A DNA stretch of 64,000 nucleotides from Anaerolineae bacterium (GTDB taxonomy: Bacteria > Chloroflexota > Anaerolineae > UBA1429), in NCBI GenBank assembly GCA_963675785.1, contig OY776562.1:800001-864000 (forward strand). The letters are read 5' to 3'. The notes beneath the pieces are model-generated. The model was not told where the DNA came from and did not search any database. It saw only the letters and a program-made list of their open reading frames with translations. Both the position numbers and the translations under genes were made by a program. Shown one piece after another: positions 1-9,535 of the stretch (within the stretch, counting starts at the first letter, position 1; each line of letters begins with the position of its first letter).

Positions 1-394
1 CATCCACGCGAACGACGAGTTTGTTCTCGCCTCGCTTGATAAAAGAGGTCGCATCAAACTCGAATGGCAAACCGGGGCCCTCGTGCTCGCCCAGCTTGCT
101 GCCGTTCAACCACGCCTCAGCCAGATAATTGGCAGAGCCAAAGCGCACCAGAACGCGTTGTTGCTCCCAGCTCCAGGGAAGGCAAAAGGAAGTTTGATAC
201 CAGCCATCTCCGAAAAAATCTTGAGCATCTTCGAACTGTTCATTCCAACTGGCGGGCACGGCGATGGGGCGTCCGCCTTCGAACCCGTTGGCCCAACCTT
301 CGTTTACTCCGGTTTGGGACGGGTCCATACGAAACTCCCAGATTCCATTCAGCTCTCTCGCCTGGCGATATTCGTTGCTTTTGGGGTACAGCAT
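1..394 (-). CDS. uidA: GH2 beta-glucuronidase, 5' part only (runs off the window start)
   Basis: Not in the ORF track. Manual translation from ATG at 394: MLYPKSNEYRQARELNGIWEFRMD...IAVPASWNEQF...GWYQTSF...VRFGSANYLAEAWLNG..LGEHEG..LPFEFD, a typical GUS N-terminus. GGAG SD upstream. Confidence 0.85.
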   Translation of the reverse strand, partial: MLYPKSNEYRQARELNGIWEFRMDPSQTGVNEGWANGFEGGRPIAVPASWNEQFEDAQDFFGDGWYQTSFCLPWSWEQQRVLVRFGSANYLAEAWLNGSKLGEHEGPGLPFEFDATSFIKRGENKLVVRVD

Positions 395-566
395 CGTACG
401 CTACTCCATTCCAGATGTGATCTGCCGAATCAGAAAAGTATAGCAACCAAAAGACTACTCACCTTGTCCGACATCGTCAAGTTGGGCAGGTTCTACTTAG
501 GCCGTTCTAGTTACCTTGGGCGCTGTTATCGGCAATTCGGTGATTCTCAAGTTGGTGCAAGTAGCT

Positions 567-1333
567 TTATTCGCTCCTTACCGTTGCGGTCGAAATCAAT
601 TCTTCTAGCGGTATAGCCGCAACGACATCGACATGGAGATAGTAATGACCTTCTGGCAAATCACTGGCTGATAAGATAGCAGTGCCGCTACAGGTTCCCC
701 AAGCGTCAACCGAAAGTAAACAGCCATTACAACTAGTATCCCAAATACGTGCACCATTGGTACAATTGCCACTATTGTAACAGTCACAGTTATCTGTCTG
801 ACCAGTAAGTTGTGCTCCTGCATACACATTGTCACTGACTATTTCACAGCAAGTTTTACACCAGCCACCAGTAGTACAGCCACCGGTGTCACAAATACCG
901 GCGTAAACTTTTTCTGAACCAGTTCCAATGCAGCGGTCAGCGGCGGAACAATTCTGATATTGCCATGCCCAAGAACAATCTATTTTTTGATCGACATAGT
1001 TAATGCTTCTTAACGCACATTGGGCGTTATAAGCGTAATCCCAAGTTTGGAAAGTATGGCTGCTGCTAACTGGCCAAGAACTAGTATTATTAGTGGTGCA
1101 GCAAATGTTTTCTGGTTGCTGAGGAGGCTCACAGAGTTCACTATAACAAACATCCCCTTCTCCACAATCAGCAATAAAATCATCCCAACTACAATCAGTA
1201 TAGTCTTCTGGAGATGAACAAATTCCATCGCCACAAGGACTTTGGGCAAAAGTAGGTTTGGTTTTAACAATTAAACTCATTCCAATAATGAGTGAAATAA
1301 GGCAGATAATTTTTTTTGTTTAGAAATTGGCAT
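567..1333 (-). pseudogene. Cys-rich secreted surface-protein fragment (CPR/DPANN-like), frameshifted in its signal peptide and probably 3'-truncated
   Basis: ORF 567..1280 carries a CGDGIC...DC motif and many Cys. ATG at 1333 gives a clean signal peptide only if the A8 run (1310-1317) were A9. Composition becomes host-like below ~620. Confidence 0.6.
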
Positions 1334-1804
1334 TTAGTTAAAGTCGCTCGGTTTTAGTTCGATAATATTTCCATTTTGGCTGACAGTGATTAATAAATTA
1401 ACTCCATAATCATTAATATCACCACTTTGGGTAGTGGCCATCGTTTCGCTTTGATCAAAATTAGATTTAATCTCTAGAGAATCATTAATCCTAATGTAAT
1501 TAGCTACATATTCATTGTTTAAAGAATTTAACTCTATTCCAGCGTAGTGATCCCAACCAGTTTCAGTTTTATAGTTACTGCCAAAACTACTAGCTTGGCC
1601 AGCAAAAATAGCAATAATAGGTGTGCCCTCAGGAAGTTGGTAGCCAATGCCCAGATAATTGCCTTTTGAGGTGATAATCTTGCCTGAATCACAGTATTCT
1701 GCCGGCACAGGGCAAACAAAGTTATAAGTAAAATGATTCTCAATAGAAGAATAGCGATAAATTAAGTATGAGCTAGTTAATAGTAGTAATAAAACAATAA
1801 ACAC
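1334..1804 (-). CDS. Membrane-anchored hypothetical protein, degenerate M23-like (GIGYQLPEGTPIIAIFAG)
   Basis: AT-rich ORF with an N-terminal TM helix. The in-frame extension IKKRYLIISV is preceded by TAG, so the native start may be damaged. Confidence 0.6.
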   Translation of the reverse strand: MFIVLLLLLTSSYLIYRYSSIENHFTYNFVCPVPAEYCDSGKIITSKGNYLGIGYQLPEGTPIIAIFAGQASSFGSNYKTETGWDHYAGIELNSLNNEYVANYIRINDSLEIKSNFDQSETMATTQSGDINDYGVNLLITVSQNGNIIELKPSDFN

Positions 1805-1842
1805 TACACTAATTATTAAATATCGTTTTTTTATCTAGATTC

Positions 1843-1871
1843 AGTGTAGAAAAAAACCTTTAAGTGATCAA
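1843..1871 (-). promoter_or_regulatory. sigma70-type promoter, likely for a leaderless transcript
   Basis: TTGATC-N17-TACACT, 6 nt before AGATAAAAAAACGA. Confidence 0.55.
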
Positions 1872-1879
1872 TAGGTTAA

Positions 1880-2830
1880 TTATTTATTTAAAGTAAAGAT
1901 AAAAGAGTTATCTATGGTTAAAAATTTTGATAAACCTATATTAAGTACACTAGTTATAGTATTACTTGCTCCAGAAATACCAATTTGGCAATTATCGATA
2001 CTTGATAACTGTGACTCTCCAATATTATAAAATAGTCTTTCATTAAATCCAACAACTTGACCAGAATTACTAATATCAACGGTCTCAGCGTAAGGAAAAG
2101 AAAAATTCACCGCATAATTTAAATCTCTTTGTGAATCTAAGAGTAAGTCATCTGGGACATCAATGCTTATATGAAGTTTATCTGATGATTTAGAAAAATA
2201 AGTTGCTAATGTATTTTCTAAAAATGGTGACCTAAAATTTATATTAGCATTGAGACCATTAATTGCTACACTAGCTACAGATCCAAGAGGATAAGTTTTA
2301 TTAACTTGTCTGATACTTATTTTTTCTCCCTGCGGATCAAAACTAAACGCCATTTGCCAGTTACCATTTTGAATATTTTCTTCTGTATTGGCTTGAGTTA
2401 ATAAATTTTTCACTACTTGTGGATCTAACACTAATCCTTTATTAGAATAAGTTTCTGCGTCACTTTCTAAGTTGAGTTCAAATAAATATCCAGCATACTC
2501 CCCTGCTTCTAATCCATACGGATTGTCTGCTTCGGCCTGATAAACCAACCTATCCTTTTCCCACGCAGGCTTTAGCCCCTCAATTTGGGGTGGTGCTGGT
2601 GTGGGCGTTAGCGTCGGGGTATTCGTCGCAGTCGCCGTAGGCGTAGCCGTCAAAGTGGGCGTTGTAGTCGATGTAGGTGTCAGGGTAGGCGTTGCGGTTA
2701 GGGTAGGCAAAGGCGTAACAGTCGGTTCAGGCGTAGGCGTAGCGCGGCAAGCGCTCAGCAGAGCACCCGCGCCAAACGCCAGACTGCTACGTAAAAAATG
2801 TCGTCTATCTATTCGCCCTTTTTTGCCCAT
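1880..2830 (-). CDS. Tat-signal lipoprotein with a Pro/Thr linker, hypothetical
   Basis: IDRRHFL twin-arginine motif, LSAC lipobox, PT-rich linker, then a PQIEGLKPAWE...NPYGLEAGEYAG domain. Very AT-rich 3' half. Confidence 0.75.
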   Translation of the reverse strand: MGKKGRIDRRHFLRSSLAFGAGALLSACRATPTPEPTVTPLPTLTATPTLTPTSTTTPTLTATPTATATNTPTLTPTPAPPQIEGLKPAWEKDRLVYQAEADNPYGLEAGEYAGYLFELNLESDAETYSNKGLVLDPQVVKNLLTQANTEENIQNGNWQMAFSFDPQGEKISIRQVNKTYPLGSVASVAINGLNANINFRSPFLENTLATYFSKSSDKLHISIDVPDDLLLDSQRDLNYAVNFSFPYAETVDISNSGQVVGFNERLFYNIGESQLSSIDNCQIGISGASNTITSVLNIGLSKFLTIDNSFIFTLNK

Positions 2831-2965
2831 AAGAAACTCTTTCCCTCTTTTGTATCGCTTGATTAGATTTTAGTCTATTACCTCTCATTGTCCACTTTGC
2901 TGGGGAGTGAATGCTCCCTACATAACACACAACCTCCGCAGGAGGTCTATCCTGGACCGGAGATG

Positions 2966-3178
2966 TCAGCGCATAAAGCGGACCATCGCCGGGACGACGC
3001 GTTCGTTCCCCGCGGTCTCTTGGTATTGGCTGAGAGCCTTGAGCGTTACAAACACCGGCCAGGGATTGTGGGCCTAATAGCGGTCGTAACGCTCGTCCTG
3101 CACCGGGCGTAGCCATCCTTCGGGACGTACTACACCCGGTGCGAGTGGAATGAACTTTAGCGGAGATAAGCTTGCCAA
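2966..3178 (-). pseudogene. GH127 (beta-L-arabinofuranosidase-like) remnant
   Basis: AGGAGG then TTG at 3178: MASLSPLKFIPLAPGVVRPEGWLR-PVQDERYDRY*AHNPWPVFVTLKALSQYQETAGNERVVPAMVRFMR*. Internal TAG at 3074-3076 and a large apparent internal deletion. Confidence 0.65.
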
Positions 3179-3336
3179 GGATAACCTCCTGTTTGTCGTC
3201 ACTCATGCGGTCAGTATACCGCACATCATGGCGGAATCACGCCGGAACGATTGTCACCTCTCGTGCGTTTTCCCAACTGGACAGATGCCAGCAATGGGGT
3301 AAGCTTGTCGAGCTTATTTTTTCAGGAGGATAGAAA

Positions 3337-4224
3337 TTGCACGAGATTCTTGATTGCACGGGCACTTGGTACAAGGGAAACCTGCATACACATACCCATC
3401 TCTCGGACGGAAAACTAGCGCCCAGTGATGCTATTGCGGTTTACCGAGATGCTGGGTACGATTTCATCGCTTTGACGGATCATTGGGTGCAAAGCGCTAA
3501 TGGGTACGAAAGCGGTTTACTGACTCTCTCGGGCTGTGAGTTTGATATGGGCAACATGATCGACAGCCCTATATTTCACATCGTCGGCATTGGCATGGAT
3601 TCGCCTGTAGCGCTGGAACGCGCTCAGCCCGATTCTCCCCAACAGATCATCGACGCCATCAAAGCCGCCGGAGGATTGGCAATCCTAGCCCACCCGGCTT
3701 GGTCGGTGACCGTTCCTGCCGATTGTATGGCTTGGGAGGGACTGAACGGCATCGAGATTTACAATACCGTATCGGGGATGCCTTGGAATTCGCGTGCTGA
3801 TTCCAGTGTCTATGTCGATATTTGGGCGACACAGGGCAAATTATTCCCCTGCATTGCGGCGGACGATTGCCACTATTATGCGGGCGACGAGACGCGCTCG
3901 TTCATCATGGTGAATGCGCCCCGACTAGAGTGTGGCGCTATCAAAAAAGCCATAGCCAACGGTAATTTCTATGCGAGCCAGGGGCCGCGTTTTGAGTCGA
4001 TCGCTTGTGATGAGTCACGAATCGAAATCGTTTGCTCAGAGGTTGAGACCATCATCTTTTACAGCAATACGGTCTGGTGTGGTGATCGGGTGGCTATGGG
4101 ACAGTTGACCGGTGCGTCGTACGAGATCAAGCCGACCGACACCTATGTGCGCGTCGAGTTGATCGATCATCAGGGCGATCACGCCTGGTCTTCACCCTTT
4201 GCAGTAGGAGGGGCACCTAAATAG
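3337..4224 (+). CDS. PHP-domain metallohydrolase (CehA/McbA family)
   Basis: KGNLHTHT..SDG, ALTDH, LAHP, ADDCH motifs; AGGAGG SD. Confidence 0.85.
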   Translation: MHEILDCTGTWYKGNLHTHTHLSDGKLAPSDAIAVYRDAGYDFIALTDHWVQSANGYESGLLTLSGCEFDMGNMIDSPIFHIVGIGMDSPVALERAQPDSPQQIIDAIKAAGGLAILAHPAWSVTVPADCMAWEGLNGIEIYNTVSGMPWNSRADSSVYVDIWATQGKLFPCIAADDCHYYAGDETRSFIMVNAPRLECGAIKKAIANGNFYASQGPRFESIACDESRIEIVCSEVETIIFYSNTVWCGDRVAMGQLTGASYEIKPTDTYVRVELIDHQGDHAWSSPFAVGGAPK

Positions 4225-4240
4225 GGCCCCTCCTTATTGA

Positions 4241-5347
4241 TCAATCCAGACGTTTCAGCCAGTCTACGTGGTTTACGCCGCCCAAACCGTTGACGGGATT
4301 GGCGCGCCACAACTTGCCCACAATATCCAGTTTGCCGCGGCCATAGTCCGCCACGGCAGCACAATGGGTCCCCATGTTCTTGTCCAGGATGCAGTGCGGT
4401 TCCCAAGTGCCCTCAGCGTTGCGATCCAGCAACCACCAGCGTGGTTTGGCCTCGATGCCGTCTGTCTTGCCATTCTCCATCTCGCCGTAGAAAATCTCGA
4501 TCTCGCCATCTTCATCGAGATCGGCCAATTGCAAGCTGTGTAACGCTCGCAGATCGAGGTGGCGTCCCAGAAGGACCTCTGTCTTCCAGGGGTGATCGGC
4601 GTCTACATAGGTGAGAATAGCCAAACGTGCTGGCCCAATCTCTGATTCGGTAATGACCACTTGCGGCTTGTTATTGAGCGTTGTGGTATAAACCAAACGC
4701 GTCTCGGGGTGCCAGTTCAGCGAAGAGTCTATCACGGGGTGTTGTACCCATTCTGAGCCATCGCCTTGTACATTCTCGAACCAGCCGCCGCTGGTGATGA
4801 TATCCAAGGCGCCGTTGCCGGTCAGGTCTCCCGTGTCGCTGCCATCACCCTCTACCATTTCGGCAATCAACTGCCGTTCCCAGGGTTCGTTGGGATCAAC
4901 GGGCACGTGGTAAATGGCCAAGACCCCATCCTTTTCCCGAGAGATGATCTCATCGCGGCTGTTTCCGGTCAGGTCAGCAGCCAACATGTCGTGGGGATTC
5001 TCCAACCCACCGCCTACGATGTGATCGCTCCACCCATCGAGGCCTTGCGCCGGCGGGGTCAACCAGTGCAAGTGTTCTCCCCACTCTCCACAAACGATCT
5101 CTAGCCTGCCGTCACCATCCAAATCGCTGAATGCTGCGCCAACATTGGGCTCGAATTCTTTGGTGATGGTATGGCGCTGCCATACGCCATTCTTTTGCAG
5201 GTCATACAGGTAATAAAAGCCACCACCTTTGCCGCCAGTGGCGAATTCTGCTGCGCCATCTCCGTCCAGATCAGCGGCAATAACAGCTCCCCAGCCATCA
5301 TACCCCGCGTCTTGATCGATAATGTGATGCTCATACTTGTGTTCCAC
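4241..5347 (-). CDS. FG-GAP/VCBS-repeat beta-propeller protein
   Basis: Repeated D(L)DGDG / DLTGN motifs; no signal peptide. Confidence 0.8.
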   Translation of the reverse strand: MEHKYEHHIIDQDAGYDGWGAVIAADLDGDGAAEFATGGKGGGFYYLYDLQKNGVWQRHTITKEFEPNVGAAFSDLDGDGRLEIVCGEWGEHLHWLTPPAQGLDGWSDHIVGGGLENPHDMLAADLTGNSRDEIISREKDGVLAIYHVPVDPNEPWERQLIAEMVEGDGSDTGDLTGNGALDIITSGGWFENVQGDGSEWVQHPVIDSSLNWHPETRLVYTTTLNNKPQVVITESEIGPARLAILTYVDADHPWKTEVLLGRHLDLRALHSLQLADLDEDGEIEIFYGEMENGKTDGIEAKPRWWLLDRNAEGTWEPHCILDKNMGTHCAAVADYGRGKLDIVGKLWRANPVNGLGGVNHVDWLKRLD

Positions 5348-5538
5348 AGGCTATTCCTCAGATTTTTGGGCAGCTTGTACCTCTGCTAATTCGATATGAG
5401 CCGATGTGGTTGAATCGATGCTTCTCAAGATCACCAACTAAGGCTAATCGTCCTGACAACTTGTGTCAAAGCGCAGGTTTGCCCTAGAGGTTTTGCTGTG
5501 TAGAATAAGAGTCACATCACTTACAGGAATGGAATACA

Positions 5539-6843
5539 ATGATAAAAAACCCAGAGTATTTGCTGCAAGCGGCTTGTCCGCGACTACTGGTTTTGACGGA
5601 TATTAGTACCATGGCCGCTGGTCACGGCGAGCCTGATGATACCGAATCCATGGTTCGCCTCATGCTCTACAGCAACGATTTTGACATTCAGGGCCTCATT
5701 GCCAGCAGCAACATGCAGCACGGCCGAGCCTGCCACCCTGATTATATTGAAAATGTTGTTCGTGCTTACGGTCGGGTCCAAAAGCAGCTGGCCAAACATG
5801 ACGCGCGTTATCCGCAGATGAAAGAATTGCTCTCGGTCATCAAGGCGGGCAATCCTATTGCCGGGCTTGAGAGTGTTGGCCCAGGGAAAGATACCGATGC
5901 CTCACGCTGGATTATCACCGTGGGAGATGATCCAGATCCCCGCCCATTGTGGATTACCGTGTGGGGCGGAACGACTGATTTGGCCCAGGCTCTGTGGCGG
6001 ATACGTGAAGAACGCGGTGAAGAGGGGGCTTGCCAGTTTGTGCGCCATCTCCGCGTACATGCTATCGGCGACCAGGATGACACCGGCCCTTGGATTCGTG
6101 AGCAGTTTCCCGATCTATTCTACATCACCAACTACAAAGCCTTTCGCGGCATGTATCGTACCGGCGACGAGTCTCTCTGCAGCAGCGATTGGGTGGAAGA
6201 GAATGTTCGCCAGGGGCACGGACCTTTGGGCGCAATCTATCCCAATTACGCTGGCGGAGACCCTTGGGGCAAAGTGAACGGCGTCAAAGAGGGGGATACG
6301 CCTTCTTACCTCTACTTACTGCCCGTTGGGCTCAGTAACCCGGAAGAACCGAGTTGGGGAAACTGGGGTGGTCGTTATCAAAAGGTCGAGGATAAGCATT
6401 ACAGTGATGTTTGCGATACCGTTGGCGAAGAGACTGGTGCGGCCGTGACAGTTGGTCGTTGGAGGCCGGCTTTTCAGAATGACATGGCCGCCCGTATGGA
6501 TTGGTGTGTTCAGGAACCTGAAGCCTGCAACCATCCTCCTGTCGTTATTGTGGATGGGCCTCATGAGCGCAGCCTTATTCTGGGCGACGAGCTACTACTA
6601 GATGCCAGTCGCTCTTACGACCCCGATGGCCGTGCCCTCTCTTTTCACTGGTGGATTTATCCCGAAGCTGGCGACCCGGGTCTAGCGATTGAACTCGACA
6701 ACGCCGACCAGCCTACGGTACGGGTAAAAACGCCGAAAGAGGGCCAGCAGACTCGGCTGCATCTCATCGTCAGTGTCACCGATTCTGGCACACCAGCGTT
6801 GACACGCTATGAGCGCCTGGTTCTGCGCGTCTATACCGATTGA
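5539..6843 (+). CDS. DUF1593 nucleoside-hydrolase-like protein with a C-terminal PKD/REJ-like domain
   Basis: VLTDI...EPDD.ES.VR.MLYSN, WGG, DQDD, EGDTPS, WGGR, ARMDW, LDAS.SYDPDG. Confidence 0.85.
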   Translation: MIKNPEYLLQAACPRLLVLTDISTMAAGHGEPDDTESMVRLMLYSNDFDIQGLIASSNMQHGRACHPDYIENVVRAYGRVQKQLAKHDARYPQMKELLSVIKAGNPIAGLESVGPGKDTDASRWIITVGDDPDPRPLWITVWGGTTDLAQALWRIREERGEEGACQFVRHLRVHAIGDQDDTGPWIREQFPDLFYITNYKAFRGMYRTGDESLCSSDWVEENVRQGHGPLGAIYPNYAGGDPWGKVNGVKEGDTPSYLYLLPVGLSNPEEPSWGNWGGRYQKVEDKHYSDVCDTVGEETGAAVTVGRWRPAFQNDMAARMDWCVQEPEACNHPPVVIVDGPHERSLILGDELLLDASRSYDPDGRALSFHWWIYPEAGDPGLAIELDNADQPTVRVKTPKEGQQTRLHLIVSVTDSGTPALTRYERLVLRVYTD

Positions 6844-7508
6844 TGAACGAATCGCAATTGCCCCTCTACTGTTGCCACAAGGTTACTATGCCTCCAATCA
6901 TTGACGGAGTTTTGGGTTCTGCGTGGGATGCAGCTGAGCGCACATCGCTATGGGAGAATTGCTCTGGCGAGGCGCCCGTTCAGTCCACCTGGTTTCGTGC
7001 TCTCTGGGATGAACAGGCGCTCTATGTGGCTTTCGAGTGCGAGGATAATGACATCTGGGGGGACATGACCGAGCATGATGCGCCTATTTACGAGCAAGAG
7101 GTGGTCGAAGTCTTTATCGATGCCAATTCCGATGGTATCGGTTATATGGAGCTTGAAGTTAGCCCCTTGAACACCGTCTTTGATCTCTATATGTTGCTTT
7201 ACAACGGCCGTCGCAAGGGTCTGTTGGATTGGGACTGTCAGGGTCTGCAAACCGCCGTGAGCGTGGAGGGTGATGCTACTCGTCGTGGCAGCATCGACAA
7301 GTGTTGGGTTGTAGAGATGGCCATTCCCTTGGCCGAGCTTTTGACGGCGCCCCATATTCCGCCCCAATCGGGCGATGTCTGGCGGACTAACTTTTACCGC
7401 ATCGACCGGCCTGCCGAGAGCGGCTGGGAGTTGTCGGCTTGGTCGCCCACGGGGCATGAGGATTTTCACATGCCCGAACGATTCGGCCGCTTTATGTTCG
7501 TCCTCTAG
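6840..7508 (+). CDS. Carbohydrate-binding family 9-like (DUF1083) protein
   Basis: IDG..W, LWD..ALY, EVFID, ELEVSP, W.VEMAIP, WR.NFYR, FHMPERFG; overlaps the upstream stop. Confidence 0.8.
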   Translation: MMNESQLPLYCCHKVTMPPIIDGVLGSAWDAAERTSLWENCSGEAPVQSTWFRALWDEQALYVAFECEDNDIWGDMTEHDAPIYEQEVVEVFIDANSDGIGYMELEVSPLNTVFDLYMLLYNGRRKGLLDWDCQGLQTAVSVEGDATRRGSIDKCWVVEMAIPLAELLTAPHIPPQSGDVWRTNFYRIDRPAESGWELSAWSPTGHEDFHMPERFGRFMFVL

Positions 7509-7671
7509 TTCTCTCCAGAATCCGTTATTCCACCAGATGTCGACGCAGGCCCCGGATTGTAGCGCTTGCCTACAATTGATCCAGCCATTGCCAGCCAGAT
7601 CGGTCAACAGGCAAACTCGTTGTGTATTCCGGCGTTTCTTTGGCAATGCGCTCATGCATAAAAAAAAGATT

Positions 7672-8595
7672 TCATGCGTCATCTTTGCCAGCTGCTGCCC
7701 AGTGGATCAGGTCTTTGGACCGCGCGAGCCCCAGGACATTCCATCCTCGTCCCCACTTGGCATCGCCTTTAAAGGTCTCACACTCCGTGGTGCCAGCGTA
7801 GAGTAGGTAATAATGATCGTCGTAGGCTCGCCAGTCGTACAGCGTTGAGGCATTAGCTAGATCAAAAGTGTTGAAATACTCTTCAGGAAGATGCAGGGTT
7901 CGTACCTCGTACCAGTTCAGCCAATCGGTTGCTGTTCCTTGTCTATAGAGCACAGGCAGATGCCCTGCGGCGAAACAGGTGGTGAGTAAATGTGGGGTAC
8001 CGTCTATGGTCAAGAATTGATAGTTCTCGTGGCCGACGTGCGTACAGCTGCCATCTAGATGGCAGAATGTCACCAGGCCATCGTCAATATAATCGAAATC
8101 ATCTGTGATGTCCTTGGCAAAAGCTATGGTGGTCTGGTGTCCGTGCCCTTTCCACATCAGGCGCCAGCCATCGTCATAATGCCCCAGTGCTGCATCAATG
8201 GCACGCTCTTCCCTCGTAAGGTTCTGCGCCAGTGGGTTTAAAGAATCCCAGTTTGCCAGGTCAGTCGAAGAGGTGAACCACAGTTGATTGGGTTGACCCC
8301 CTACATCTCCCCAAGTGTTCAGCGTCAAATAAAAGGTGTCGCCAACCCGGCTGATATCGGGAGAGCAGTATCCTTTGAACTCGTTCGTTGGCCCCAACCA
8401 CAACAAGGGTTCGCTGAAACAGAGAAAATCCTCGGTTTGAATCTCACACACAGCACAATAGAGCTTGCCTTGCTCTTCATAAAAAGCCGAGTAAAAGATG
8501 AAAAAGGAATCGCCCAATCGAGCGCAGCAAAAATCCTTGATGGACTCACCAACCACACTGTGAACGGGATTCTTGAGTTTATGCCAGTCGAACAT
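7672..8595 (-). CDS. Five-bladed beta-propeller glycoside hydrolase-like protein (GH32/43/130 clan-like)
   Basis: KNP...IKD, CSPD, AIDA, HEN, GLARSKDLIHW. Confidence 0.65.
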   Translation of the reverse strand: MFDWHKLKNPVHSVVGESIKDFCCARLGDSFFIFYSAFYEEQGKLYCAVCEIQTEDFLCFSEPLLWLGPTNEFKGYCSPDISRVGDTFYLTLNTWGDVGGQPNQLWFTSSTDLANWDSLNPLAQNLTREERAIDAALGHYDDGWRLMWKGHGHQTTIAFAKDITDDFDYIDDGLVTFCHLDGSCTHVGHENYQFLTIDGTPHLLTTCFAAGHLPVLYRQGTATDWLNWYEVRTLHLPEEYFNTFDLANASTLYDWRAYDDHYYLLYAGTTECETFKGDAKWGRGWNVLGLARSKDLIHWAAAGKDDA

Positions 8596-8711
8596 GACGC
8601 CTCCTATGAACGCTTGTACTACTTTATGGATTGCTGACTGCTAATGCAAGCACAATTTGCTGCCTAGCCACGAAACAGCTAGTCTGTCGTAAACATTGAT
8701 TGGAGATTGTC

Positions 8712-9461
8712 TTGAAATATCTGATCATCGCTGACGTGCACGGTAATCTACCCGCATTGGACGCTGTTCTGGCTGCCCACACTGACGTGGACGGCATCCT
8801 TTTTCTGGGTGATGCCCCCAGTGACGGTCCCCATCCGAATGCCGTCATCCAACGTCTGGTAGAGGTAGGTGCTCTCTGCATCCGCGGCAACCACGATACA
8901 GAGCTACTTAACATGGATCTATCACAACCACCAGCTACTCCCGATCAGGCCTGGAGGCATTGGTGCCGAAAGCAGCTCTCTGAGGAAAGCCTGGCCGTCA
9001 TGACCTCTTGGCCAGAGATGCGCCATCTCGATATTGATGGACGCCCGCTATGCATGATCCACGGTTTGCTGCCTCCCCAATATGGCAAACGCCTTTGGCC
9101 CGATTCTTCTGATGAGGCCTATGCCTATCTGGCTGCCCAATGCAGCGAGGACACCATCTTGGTGGGTCACTCTCACATACAAAGCATTGTGCAGCAGGTG
9201 GGCCGCATCTTTTGCAACCCGGGCAGCATCGGTCAGCAACGTTTGGGCGTTCCTCAGGCTTGTTACGCTCTTTTGGAGGATGGCCAATTGCGCCTGGATG
9301 CAGAACCTTATGATGTCGAATCTGTGGCCCGAGACATGGCTACCCTGCCTATCGATGCGGATTGGCTGGCTGAGCGCATTGCTGCCTTTGTACAGGGACG
9401 CCTGCCTGATACAGATAACATCGGGCGCCTTGCCCGCCTGGAGACGGGCGAATATCGCTGA
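8712..9461 (+). CDS. Metallophosphoesterase (YfcE/calcineurin-like)
   Basis: ADVHGN, LGD, RGNHD, GHSH, NPGSIG; GGAG before TTG 8712. Confidence 0.9.
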   Translation: MKYLIIADVHGNLPALDAVLAAHTDVDGILFLGDAPSDGPHPNAVIQRLVEVGALCIRGNHDTELLNMDLSQPPATPDQAWRHWCRKQLSEESLAVMTSWPEMRHLDIDGRPLCMIHGLLPPQYGKRLWPDSSDEAYAYLAAQCSEDTILVGHSHIQSIVQQVGRIFCNPGSIGQQRLGVPQACYALLEDGQLRLDAEPYDVESVARDMATLPIDADWLAERIAAFVQGRLPDTDNIGRLARLETGEYR

Positions 9462-9535
9462 TTCTGTGCCAGCGCTTGACCCCACTATGGTGTTTTACTA
9501 GACTTGCCCAGTCCTATTGTGAAAGGTAGAGAGAC

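Noticed and set aside
64-616. Plus-strand ORFs 64..420 and 83..616
   Set aside because: Antisense shadows of the GH2 gene on the minus strand.
2590-2745. Repeat-like GC-rich tract within the AT-rich island
   Set aside because: It is the coding sequence of the Pro/Thr linker, not a separate element.
2805-3224. 139-aa minus-strand ORF
   Set aside because: No recognisable motifs; another frame carries the SD and the GH127 remnant.
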